A stretch of DNA of 63,955 nt, filler included, from Lama guanicoe (Eukaryota), in the NCBI GenBank assembly GCA_013239625.1. It is 204 parts of 204 records of this genome, joined end to end, with 100 filler letters (N's around TTAATTAATTAA, not from the genome) between each part and the next. Parts side by side here need not be neighbours in the genome. Positions count along the whole stretch, not along the records: positions 37,052 to 37,265 come from PNXV01037783.1; positions 37,366 to 37,579 come from PNXV01037784.1; positions 37,680 to 37,893 come from PNXV01037785.1; positions 37,994 to 38,207 come from PNXV01037786.1; positions 38,308 to 38,521 come from PNXV01037787.1; positions 38,622 to 38,835 come from PNXV01037788.1; positions 38,936 to 39,149 come from PNXV01037789.1; positions 39,250 to 39,463 come from PNXV01037790.1; 196 more parts are not named here. The stretch is one strand, 5' to 3'. The position numbers were made by a program, and so were the translations under genes. Shown in pieces: positions 36,952-47,941 of this stretch. The stretch's first letter is position 1; each line of letters starts with the position of its first letter. The notes under the pieces are model-generated. The model saw nothing but the letters and a program-made list of their open reading frames with translations, searched no databases and was not told where the DNA came from.

Positions 36952-39900
36952 NNNNNNNNNNNNNNNNNNNNNNNNNNNNNNNNNNNNNNNNNNNNTTAAT
37001 TAATTAANNNNNNNNNNNNNNNNNNNNNNNNNNNNNNNNNNNNNNNNNNNNTGTTCCAGCAATTACTCAAAGAGGAAAGGAACTGCTGACGTCTGCAGTG
37101 TGACTGTGGGTGTGTCTCGACCTCTCTGTTTCTACTTCATGTATTTTAAGCTACGTTGTTGGGGTACAGACATCCAGGATTTTGGTGTCTTGCTGGTGGC
37201 CTGACCTCCATGTCTCTCTCTTTTGGGGGAGGGATGAGGAATGAACGCAGGGCTGCCCATTCTCTNNNNNNNNNNNNNNNNNNNNNNNNNNNNNNNNNNN
37301 NNNNNNNNNTTAATTAATTAANNNNNNNNNNNNNNNNNNNNNNNNNNNNNNNNNNNNNNNNNNNNAAAAAGAAGGGGGCTCTTGGAGGAGAAATTGATTT
37401 TTTGCAATTAGACTAAAGGGGGTTGGCACTGTAAGAAATTGATCATTGGAAGAAAATATGACTCTAGTTTGCAGTTGCAGATGGATGAGCTGCATGAAAT
37501 TTGGATTATAACATAGTTCTTTTTGTGGGATTTAGTATGAAGTAAATTGATCATATATATGGATTAACTACTTGAAGAANNNNNNNNNNNNNNNNNNNNN
37601 NNNNNNNNNNNNNNNNNNNNNNNTTAATTAATTAANNNNNNNNNNNNNNNNNNNNNNNNNNNNNNNNNNNNNNNNNNNNTTACCTCCATCATCCTCTTCA
37701 AGAATGCATATTTTAAAAGGAGACAAGTTATATTAAAAATTGCTGCTCTGGCATTTTGCGAGCTATGTCAAATAATGAAGGAAAAACTAGGTTACAAATT
37801 TTCTGGCATCAATTTCAACTGTTGTCTTTTACCAAACTAAAATCCAGATTATCACAAATTAACTTTCCATATAGTGTTCCTCCAGTATACAACNNNNNNN
37901 NNNNNNNNNNNNNNNNNNNNNNNNNNNNNNNNNNNNNTTAATTAATTAANNNNNNNNNNNNNNNNNNNNNNNNNNNNNNNNNNNNNNNNNNNNGTGTTTC
38001 TGTTCTGCTTTTCCCTCTATTGACTTTTTCCTGAGGGTCCTAGGCATCCCCAGGCTCATTTCATCCTTTCTGGAAGCTGTCCCCCACTGAATGCCTGCAT
38101 GGTTCTTTCCTGGTACATCTGTATTATCTTACAGAACATACAGGATAATATGTGCTGTAGTGCATTAGCACAAAATTATCATCACTGAGTAATCCAGTAG
38201 GTTCAATNNNNNNNNNNNNNNNNNNNNNNNNNNNNNNNNNNNNNNNNNNNNTTAATTAATTAANNNNNNNNNNNNNNNNNNNNNNNNNNNNNNNNNNNNN
38301 NNNNNNNGTCGCACAGCTGGTCAGGGGTAGATCCTGGGTTAAAACACAGGGTTCTGGCTTCAAAGTCTCTGTCTTCATCCTTGACGTGTGCTGCCACCTT
38401 GGGTACTTTCTCAATCACCCATACAGCACCGCAAGCTCTATGAGCAGGAGGGACCACGACTTAATTCTCCTTCAGGGCATCTAGAAAATGCCTTATCTAT
38501 GCAAGTACTGACTGGATCAATNNNNNNNNNNNNNNNNNNNNNNNNNNNNNNNNNNNNNNNNNNNNTTAATTAATTAANNNNNNNNNNNNNNNNNNNNNNN
38601 NNNNNNNNNNNNNNNNNNNNNCAATCAATAATTTTTTTAAGAAATTAAAGAAAAAAATTGGGGTGATTTTCTGTATTATGCCTGGATTAGAAGACAATAC
38701 TGTAAAGATGCACATTTCCCCCAAACTGATGCTCAGAATTAATATAATTCCGGTAAAAAAATCTCAACAACGTAAAGGTCCATCAGTGGATGAACGGATA
38801 AAGAAAATGTGGTTTATACCTACAGTGGTAGATTANNNNNNNNNNNNNNNNNNNNNNNNNNNNNNNNNNNNNNNNNNNNTTAATTAATTAANNNNNNNNN
38901 NNNNNNNNNNNNNNNNNNNNNNNNNNNNNNNNNNNGGTTGTGCTACCACATTTGACATCCTACAAGGCAGTGGAATTGCACACAATGAAGGATCGTTCCA
39001 AATTCAGCATCCAACACAACTATCAAATTTACTGTTGGACGTTCGTAGAAGTAGAAAAACGGTCTGTAAATATCTGAGCAAAGCGCCTATTAAAGAAAAA
39101 AGTGGCTTTGCTAAGATCACTAGTGCCATTCATGTTGCTAGGTCCAATGNNNNNNNNNNNNNNNNNNNNNNNNNNNNNNNNNNNNNNNNNNNNTTAATTA
39201 ATTAANNNNNNNNNNNNNNNNNNNNNNNNNNNNNNNNNNNNNNNNNNNNTAGCATGCATTTCTCAAATTGAAGTTCCTCTACTAGGACCAAATAAACTCT
39301 TGCGGGTAAAGTAATTGGCTATTATTATAATGTCCTATACAAAGGAATTAAAAACTGATTCCTATATCTGAAGAGACTAGAGGTATAATGCTAGTGGTGG
39401 TAGACCTTGGCATCATAAACTGGAATCAAATCCTATACCTGACAAGTCTGTCAAACATCTCATNNNNNNNNNNNNNNNNNNNNNNNNNNNNNNNNNNNNN
39501 NNNNNNNTTAATTAATTAANNNNNNNNNNNNNNNNNNNNNNNNNNNNNNNNNNNNNNNNNNNNCAACAGGAGCTCTGGGCACAGCAGGTGGCTGGGGGCC
39601 CGCTCTGGGCAGGGGTGGCTTGGCCGCTGCGAGCCCCGCGCTCAGCACGGCACGTTCCCGGGGAAGGACTGGGAACGTGCTCAGCTCTGCGGGCTGGAGC
39701 GTCAGTCAGATGAAACCTGGCAGCCTACATGGGACTGCGTGGCTGCTTAAGATTTTACCTCTGCCTTAAAAATCTGTNNNNNNNNNNNNNNNNNNNNNNN
39801 NNNNNNNNNNNNNNNNNNNNNTTAATTAATTAANNNNNNNNNNNNNNNNNNNNNNNNNNNNNNNNNNNNNNNNNNNNCCGTGTTCCTCCTTCTCCACTGA

Positions 39901-41134
39901 GCGTTCTTTCCCAGCTTCCTTGGCTGAATCCCTCTCCTGTTTTTCCCATGTAAGAGAGCCCAGCACTCAGTCCTCTGCCTTCTTCTCTTCTCCAGTTCGT
40001 GCTTCCTTCCTGAATGATCTCCTCAGCCCAGGTGGGGTTACATCCACCTATGTGCTAGGGTCCAGCCTGTGTGCTGTCATTCTCCAACATANNNNNNNNN
40101 NNNNNNNNNNNNNNNNNNNNNNNNNNNNNNNNNNNTTAATTAATTAANNNNNNNNNNNNNNNNNNNNNNNNNNNNNNNNNNNNNNNNNNNNTGGCCAAGG
40201 AAGAGGGCAATTTGCCAGATCACAGAGGAGTAGATTTCTTTTTTGTACATTTCAGATTTGTATATACAAGTTTATATTGTGAAACTTCTTGCATGAAATG
40301 TGTCCCATAATTATTTGATTACAGATTTCTTTCGTTTCAAAACATCACACGCAATTACTAGTCTTAAGAAATAACTGAGGAAAACCACATGCGACGATCT
40401 CGAGGNNNNNNNNNNNNNNNNNNNNNNNNNNNNNNNNNNNNNNNNNNNNTTAATTAATTAANNNNNNNNNNNNNNNNNNNNNNNNNNNNNNNNNNNNNNN
40501 NNNNNTCAGAGCTGTTGAACAGAGACGAAGTGCACCCCACCGTTTAGAAGGCTGGGGCATCAGCAGGCAGGTGCAAAGACTCAAAGATCATTTCCCAACC
40601 CCCATCTGCACTGGTATTATCAGTTTGTGAATGAGGGGGAGGGAAAATACAGGGTAGTGTCATTCAAATGCCCCCCCCAAATTCGTCCAGGTTCCTCAGC
40701 AGAGGACCTGAGGAGCCATNNNNNNNNNNNNNNNNNNNNNNNNNNNNNNNNNNNNNNNNNNNNTTAATTAATTAANNNNNNNNNNNNNNNNNNNNNNNNN
40801 NNNNNNNNNNNNNNNNNNNGTGGAAAGTAGTCGGACTGGTTGAACTAGTAAAAGAATCCAAGTCAGCCGACATCCCCTTTCCACGCTGGCTTACCTGAGG
40901 GTCTAAAATATGTGCGAGAGGACACTGGTTTCTAAGATCTTGGTGTGGAAGTCCAGGCGCTATTTCAGAGCATCTTAGTCTCCACCTTTGAAAACTTTTA
41001 TTATTAATGGGAGATACCAGAGTAGATTTGCTANNNNNNNNNNNNNNNNNNNNNNNNNNNNNNNNNNNNNNNNNNNNTTAATTAATTAANNNNNNNNNNN
41101 NNNNNNNNNNNNNNNNNNNNNNNNNNNNNNNNNC

Positions 41135-41347
41135 CCCTCTGACACAAGCACCCCCAGCTACCTGTCCGCAGCTACAGAAGATGCTCCAAAAACCCCGATG
41201 CAACAGCGACACTGCTCGGAGCCCAGCATCGGCTACCTGGGTTCAAAGCTTTCCTTTCTTAGGGCGTTTTATCAGAAAAGGATACGCAGGTCCAGCTATG
41301 ATGCGATTCTCCTGAAAAAAGATGAGAACCATCTGAGTCAGAATCCA
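41135..41347 (+). CDS. ARHGAP20: ARHGAP20-like (Rho GTPase-activating protein 20 family) exon fragment, open throughout
   Basis: PSDTSTPSYLSAATEDAPKTPMQQRHCSEPSIGYLGSKLSFLRAFYQKRIRRSSYDAILLKKDENHLSQNP aligns without gaps to recalled human RRCSEPSIDYLDSKLSYLREFYQKKLRKSSCDAILSQKDEDYLKQN. Confidence 0.8.
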
Positions 41348-42075
41348 NNNNNNNNNNNNNNNNNNNNNNNNNNNNNNNNNNNNNNNNNNNNTTAATTAAT
41401 TAANNNNNNNNNNNNNNNNNNNNNNNNNNNNNNNNNNNNNNNNNNNNACTGAAGAGAGCTGCGTGGGGTTGTCTCTTGAGCTCCCCCATGCACTTATTAT
41501 GGTTCCGGAATCCTGATCGTGGGGATGTTCCACCAACGGTCGCCAGTGCGTGGGTTCTAACGGATTGCATTAGCTCCTCTTCCCTGAGGGTTTTCCTAAT
41601 GTCTGGCTGCCAGGGAATGCTAGGGAACTGTGCTGCAATTCCCAGGATCAGCGGCTGCAACNNNNNNNNNNNNNNNNNNNNNNNNNNNNNNNNNNNNNNN
41701 NNNNNTTAATTAATTAANNNNNNNNNNNNNNNNNNNNNNNNNNNNNNNNNNNNNNNNNNNNGAAGATGAGGATGTATCTTTCTTATAGGTCTTTTCCTGG
41801 AACACCCCCCCACCCCCTCCCACACACACTCCCCACACTCTCTCAGTATTGCTGAAGCATCCTTTGTTTTTGATTTCTAAATCTGTGCCACAGTTTTATA
41901 TGCATGATCACATACAAATATGTATGTTTTACAAAAATACCACCTGATAAAAGAACTTCTGTAACTTGCTGATTTNNNNNNNNNNNNNNNNNNNNNNNNN
42001 NNNNNNNNNNNNNNNNNNNTTAATTAATTAANNNNNNNNNNNNNNNNNNNNNNNNNNNNNNNNNNNNNNNNNNNN

Positions 42076-42105
42076 GCCTGGGACTGGCCCCTCACCCAGT
42101 TTCCC
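42076..42105 (-). promoter_or_regulatory. -1 ribosomal frameshift signal: G GGA AAC slippery heptamer plus 5' part of the pseudoknot
   Basis: Minus strand GGGAAAC (42105-42099), then TGGGTGA GGGGCCAGTCCCAGGC, cut by the contig end. The layout is that of the SRV-1/MPMV gag-pro site. Confidence 0.85.
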
Positions 42106-42289
42106 TGGTTCAGAAATTGTCCGTCTATGTCAGTTTTAGATCGACAGTCTTTGGCCCAATGTTTTTCTTTTTTACATTTGGGATATAAACCTGGGCTCGT
42201 AACTAATGTATCATGGCCCGTTGGTTTTTGTCCCCTTTTTGGGCATTGATTTGCTCGATGCCCCAATTGGCCACAAGCATAACAACTAC
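42076..42289 (-). mobile_element. gag: Endogenous betaretrovirus gag nucleocapsid and gag-pro junction
   Basis: SCYACGQLGHRANQC (CX2CX4HX4C) ... PGLYPKCKKEKHWAKDCRSKTDIDGQFLNQGNWVRGQSQ, similar to the JSRV/MPMV Gag C-terminus. Confidence 0.93.
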
Positions 42290-42703
42290 NNNNNNNNNNN
42301 NNNNNNNNNNNNNNNNNNNNNNNNNNNNNNNNNTTAATTAATTAANNNNNNNNNNNNNNNNNNNNNNNNNNNNNNNNNNNNNNNNNNNNACCTTAATTTG
42401 GGACAGCTCTGAGGGACCAAGCCAGCTCCCCAGCCCCTATGGGATCTGCTGAGGCTTTTCTTGAAATTTCATCACAGTTCACTTTTCTTATCAATCCTGC
42501 TTCCTTAATTCCTCATAATTCTTATTCCTGAGAATATTTATTCCTAAGAATAAAAATACACTGTTATATTACACTCTACAACAAACTTCCTGTATATAAA
42601 TTTNNNNNNNNNNNNNNNNNNNNNNNNNNNNNNNNNNNNNNNNNNNNTTAATTAATTAANNNNNNNNNNNNNNNNNNNNNNNNNNNNNNNNNNNNNNNNN
42701 NNN

Positions 42704-42917
42704 TCACACCAGTCAGAATGACCATCATTCAAAAGTCTATAAATGACAAATGATGGAAAGGGTGTTGTTCAAAAGGGACCCTCGTACACTGTTGGTGGCA
42801 ATGTAGTTTGGTGTAGCCATTGCGGAAAACAGTATGGAGAGTCCTCAAAAGACCAAAAGTAGACTTACCATATGATGCAGTGTTCCCACTCCTGGGCATA
42901 TATACAGAAGAATCCTT
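42704..42917 (+). mobile_element. LINE-1 ORF2 C-terminal fragment
   Basis: tcacaccagtcagaatgaccatcattcaaaagtc...tacactgttggtgg...gacttaccatatgat...cccactcctgggcatata. Confidence 0.92.
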
Positions 42918-43331
42918 NNNNNNNNNNNNNNNNNNNNNNNNNNNNNNNNNNNNNNNNNNNNTTAATTAATTAANNNNNNNNNNNNNNNNNNNNNNNNNNN
43001 NNNNNNNNNNNNNNNNNCTGGTAGACTTCCCCTAGCATCTTATTGGCTGGGTTACATCACGTGCTCCTTCCTAAACCAGCCACTGGGGAAGGAGATGAAG
43101 TTACTGTGATGGCTGTAGAATAATCATTTCTCTTTTTGCAGCTGAGGAGAGCTTACCTTCTTCGCATACTGGAGCAGAGAATATCCAAGAAAAGTTGCAA
43201 TTGTCCGGCAAGGACGACGAAGAAGAAATGGNNNNNNNNNNNNNNNNNNNNNNNNNNNNNNNNNNNNNNNNNNNNTTAATTAATTAANNNNNNNNNNNNN
43301 NNNNNNNNNNNNNNNNNNNNNNNNNNNNNNN

Positions 43332-43545
43332 AAAAGTCCACAAATGATAAATATTGGAGAGGGTGTGGAGAAAAGGGAACCCTCCTACATTATTGGTGGG
43401 ATGCAGTTTGGTGTAGCCATTATGGAAAACAATATGAAGATTCCTTACAAACTAAAAATAGACTTACCATATGATACAGCAGTCCCACTCCCAGGCATAT
43501 ATCTGGAGGGAACTCTAATTCAAAAATATACATGCACCCCAATGT
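43332..43545 (+). mobile_element. LINE-1 ORF2 C-terminal fragment, frameshifted
   Basis: KLKIDLPYDTAVPLPGIY corresponds to L1 KLKIELPYDPAIPLLGIY. Confidence 0.93.
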
Positions 43546-46157
43546 NNNNNNNNNNNNNNNNNNNNNNNNNNNNNNNNNNNNNNNNNNNNTTAATTAATTA
43601 ANNNNNNNNNNNNNNNNNNNNNNNNNNNNNNNNNNNNNNNNNNNNCTAGTGTGCACCTTCATAGTTAATGTCTGAGGCTACAGGGTGAGGCAGGTTGAGA
43701 TGAAGGCGGTTCGAATTCCCGACCTGGAACCCTGATCCCCGCACCCTGTGCCTCAACTTACCCGATGGGTCAAGGTGATCCCAGGCTGCCAGCCACGGGC
43801 CTGTGGGCCTTGGGTTGTTGATGGTCCTGATGGTGATCTGGACCCCTAGGGCGGAGGCANNNNNNNNNNNNNNNNNNNNNNNNNNNNNNNNNNNNNNNNN
43901 NNNTTAATTAATTAANNNNNNNNNNNNNNNNNNNNNNNNNNNNNNNNNNNNNNNNNNNNAGGGGGAGCGCACATCTTGAACTACTTACAAGATGCCATTT
44001 GAAATGAAGGAAAAACACAAACAACAACAAAAAGAATCATAACGGAAAGGTGCATAATCAGTGACTCTCTCTGGATTGCTACAAAGCACTTCATACACTC
44101 ATTGGCATGAATTCACCTGCATTCCCTAGAAGGAAACCCAAGAGTGGCTGACTTATTCCCTTGGTAGAGGTGANNNNNNNNNNNNNNNNNNNNNNNNNNN
44201 NNNNNNNNNNNNNNNNNTTAATTAATTAANNNNNNNNNNNNNNNNNNNNNNNNNNNNNNNNNNNNNNNNNNNNAATTGCTGGGTCATAGGCTGTGTTTTC
44301 CGTAGTGGCATCCAGTTTATACTCAGATGAGCATGTGTGAGCTTCCCTTGCTCCACAGTCACCAAGCACCTGATGTCCCACTTTTCATTTTGTCTGTCTG
44401 CTGGCTTTGTGATGGATTCTGATGGAGGTTTTAATTTGCATTTCCTTGGTGGCCAAAGAGATTGGGCATCTTTTCATGCTAACTGGCNNNNNNNNNNNNN
44501 NNNNNNNNNNNNNNNNNNNNNNNNNNNNNNNTTAATTAATTAANNNNNNNNNNNNNNNNNNNNNNNNNNNNNNNNNNNNNNNNNNNNTGTGTGGAGAGGT
44601 AAGGCATGTGAATTCTCTATGGGAGGTGCTACATTTCACAGCCACCCAAGATGCTCTGCAGTTGTTTTTTACTGTCCTGGTGCTGCTATTTTGGTTAAAT
44701 GGCTTTGAGGGCCTAAAACATTCGGATAGTATCCTGGCACTTTATTTCAGGTTGTAGGGTTTGATATGTCTTAGAAAAATTCAAAAATGTGTTGATGCTG
44801 TNNNNNNNNNNNNNNNNNNNNNNNNNNNNNNNNNNNNNNNNNNNNTTAATTAATTAANNNNNNNNNNNNNNNNNNNNNNNNNNNNNNNNNNNNNNNNNNN
44901 NCAGCTTCCAGGTCAGTTAGTGGTTACATCCTCTCCATGACCTCTTCCAACACAGACCCACACTTATATGGTCAATCGATTTTTAACATAAGTGCCAAGG
45001 TTAATCAATGGAGAAAAATAAATGATGCTGGAACTACTAAATATCCATATATATATATATATATATATATATGGATATATGGATATATGGATATATGGAT
45101 AGGTATATCATGTTGNNNNNNNNNNNNNNNNNNNNNNNNNNNNNNNNNNNNNNNNNNNNTTAATTAATTAANNNNNNNNNNNNNNNNNNNNNNNNNNNNN
45201 NNNNNNNNNNNNNNNTAAGTTTGTGGTGACTTGTTAGAAGCAGGAAGCCGGCGCAGGGGAGGTGCTGACCCGTGTGATCTGGCTCTGCTGGCTGCTTGGC
45301 CTCACCCCAGAAGCACGTCCCCGCTGGGCCTCTGCGCTCCAGCCCCGCCCGCCTCCTCACAGAGCTCTGCCCGGGGCCCGGCCATCCTGGCGGCCCCCAC
45401 CACGGCTGGAATCGTCCGATGCCTGTCTTNNNNNNNNNNNNNNNNNNNNNNNNNNNNNNNNNNNNNNNNNNNNTTAATTAATTAANNNNNNNNNNNNNNN
45501 NNNNNNNNNNNNNNNNNNNNNNNNNNNNNACTAGAAAAGATAAATTCAACCCTATATTCACTGCAGCATTATTCACAAAAAAACAGGATATAGAAGCAAA
45601 TTAATTGCTCATTAATAGATGATGGATAATGAAGATGTGTGTTTATAGTATATAGATCTACCCATCTTAACTACAGATTTATCTATATTTATAGATATAA
45701 ATATATACACACACTATATATATGTACTATATATAAATATATANNNNNNNNNNNNNNNNNNNNNNNNNNNNNNNNNNNNNNNNNNNNTTAATTAATTAAN
45801 NNNNNNNNNNNNNNNNNNNNNNNNNNNNNNNNNNNNNNNNNNNCAGGCTGGTTGCCAAATGGGTGTGCCGAGAACCACCTAGGGCCCAGCCCGCCCTGTG
45901 CCCAAGGACAGGTGGCCATGGAATCAAGAAGCCCTGTGCCTAGAGCATCCACCATCGTCCCTATCTACTTGAGGTGGGCCATGCAGGCAATGGTTTTGAA
46001 TGCTGCCGTGGAAGGAAGGGAAGAAGGCGCTCCCCAACTCCATCCACCAATACCAGCNNNNNNNNNNNNNNNNNNNNNNNNNNNNNNNNNNNNNNNNNNN
46101 NTTAATTAATTAANNNNNNNNNNNNNNNNNNNNNNNNNNNNNNNNNNNNNNNNNNNN

Positions 46158-46371
46158 AGCACAGGGAACTATGTTCAGTATCTTGCAATAACCTTTAATG
46201 AAAAAAATGAAAACAAATATATGTATGTGTATGCATGACTGGGACATTATGCCGCACACCAGAAACTGACACACTGAACTGACTGTGCTTCAATTTAAAA
46301 AAAAAAGATAAAGTCTTGAATCAATGCAACAGAATAGAGAGCCCAGAAATGAACTCACAAACTTTTGGTCA
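46158..46371 (+). mobile_element. LINE-1 3' UTR and poly(A) tail abutting an ORF2 segment of another L1
   Basis: 3' UTR (agcacagggaactatgttcagtatcttg...) ends in an A-run near 46297-46307; then caatgcaacagaatagagagcccagaaatgaac (ORF2 QWNRIESPE-like). Confidence 0.8.
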
Positions 46372-46471
46372 NNNNNNNNNNNNNNNNNNNNNNNNNNNNN
46401 NNNNNNNNNNNNNNNTTAATTAATTAANNNNNNNNNNNNNNNNNNNNNNNNNNNNNNNNNNNNNNNNNNNN

Positions 46472-46685
46472 ATTCAGTCTTGGGAGAGTGTATGTTTCTA
46501 GGAATTCATCCTTCTTTTTTTGAGGTTGTCCATTTTATTGGCATAAAATTGTTTGTAATGGTCTCTTATGAGCCTTCGTATTTCTGTAGTGTTGTTTATA
46601 ACTTCTCTTTTTTCATTTCTGATTTTATTTATATGACTTCTTTTTTTCTTGATGAGTCTGGCTAAAGTTTTGTCAATTTTACTTA
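46472..46685 (-). mobile_element. LINE-1 ORF2 fragment
   Basis: tcttgggagagtgtatgtttctaggaattcatcc...gagtctggctaaag. Confidence 0.9.
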
Positions 46686-47727
46686 NNNNNNNNNNNNNNN
46701 NNNNNNNNNNNNNNNNNNNNNNNNNNNNNTTAATTAATTAANNNNNNNNNNNNNNNNNNNNNNNNNNNNNNNNNNNNNNNNNNNNAGACGAGAGCTACCT
46801 ACCTCTCCTCCCGGTTACTGAAAGGTCAGAGAGCTGCCAGGGATCCAGGAAGCCATCAGAAAGGCCTGTGATCTGGGGACAGAGCCCTGTCCACTTGGGA
46901 AGCTGGGATGTCGTTAAGGGGGACTGCCTGTTCTGGGGGCACACACTGGTACCCTTTTTCTAAACCCCATCCCGCAGGACAGGGCCAAACGAAGTAAGCN
47001 NNNNNNNNNNNNNNNNNNNNNNNNNNNNNNNNNNNNNNNNNNNTTAATTAATTAANNNNNNNNNNNNNNNNNNNNNNNNNNNNNNNNNNNNNNNNNNNNT
47101 TGTAAGTTGACTCACTGGATTTAAAGGACTTTTTTTCAACTAACTTCTGGATGTGAATTCCTTGTCCTCCTGCTGTTCTTTTCTCCCCCGGTGTGTCTCT
47201 CCCCCATGTTCTGGATAAACACGTAAGTTCTTAGTTACACAAAAATGAGCTTATGGTTATGTTTGTGCACCTGGATAACAAAGTGGACTAATTCCTCTTG
47301 GACTTAGTAATTGNNNNNNNNNNNNNNNNNNNNNNNNNNNNNNNNNNNNNNNNNNNNTTAATTAATTAANNNNNNNNNNNNNNNNNNNNNNNNNNNNNNN
47401 NNNNNNNNNNNNNGGAGGGACACAGAAGTCTGATCTGCGCTGGTTGGTGTTAGAGACCAGGATGACTTAGACGAGGCTGAGGTGGTGCGGCTGGGAGCAG
47501 CAGAATGTGGTTTGGAAATAAAGTCAGCAGGACTTGCTGCAGACAGATCTGCTGGGAGGGTGGGAGAAGACAAGCTCACTGCCTTGAGCAAGGGGTAGTG
47601 TGACGGGGCCGCCATAGCTCAGACAGANNNNNNNNNNNNNNNNNNNNNNNNNNNNNNNNNNNNNNNNNNNNTTAATTAATTAANNNNNNNNNNNNNNNNN
47701 NNNNNNNNNNNNNNNNNNNNNNNNNNN

Positions 47728-47941
47728 ATTTTCAAAACAATATCTGCAAAGAGCTGCCCGCTGCAATTCACAGTTTGAAAGCCACCCCCCAACTACCCAT
47801 TACTACGTAACCATCTTGCTCCCCAATCAATCCTTGTATAAAGACGCAGCGCACCCTTAATCCCTGCCAGAGCTTATCACCAATCATAGCTATCAACAAC
47901 TTTTGTAACCTTTTAGTTTTCTTTGCCTTTATAAATTTGCC
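47728..47941 (+). mobile_element. Probable ERV LTR U3 fragment
   Basis: Two CCAATCA boxes followed by ttgcctttataaa, an LTR-like promoter layout. Confidence 0.5.

Noticed and set aside
41448..41661. Possible gammaretroviral capsid motif (PDIRK) near the gag fragment
   Set aside because: Only a 5-residue resemblance, and adjacency in this window is meaningless.
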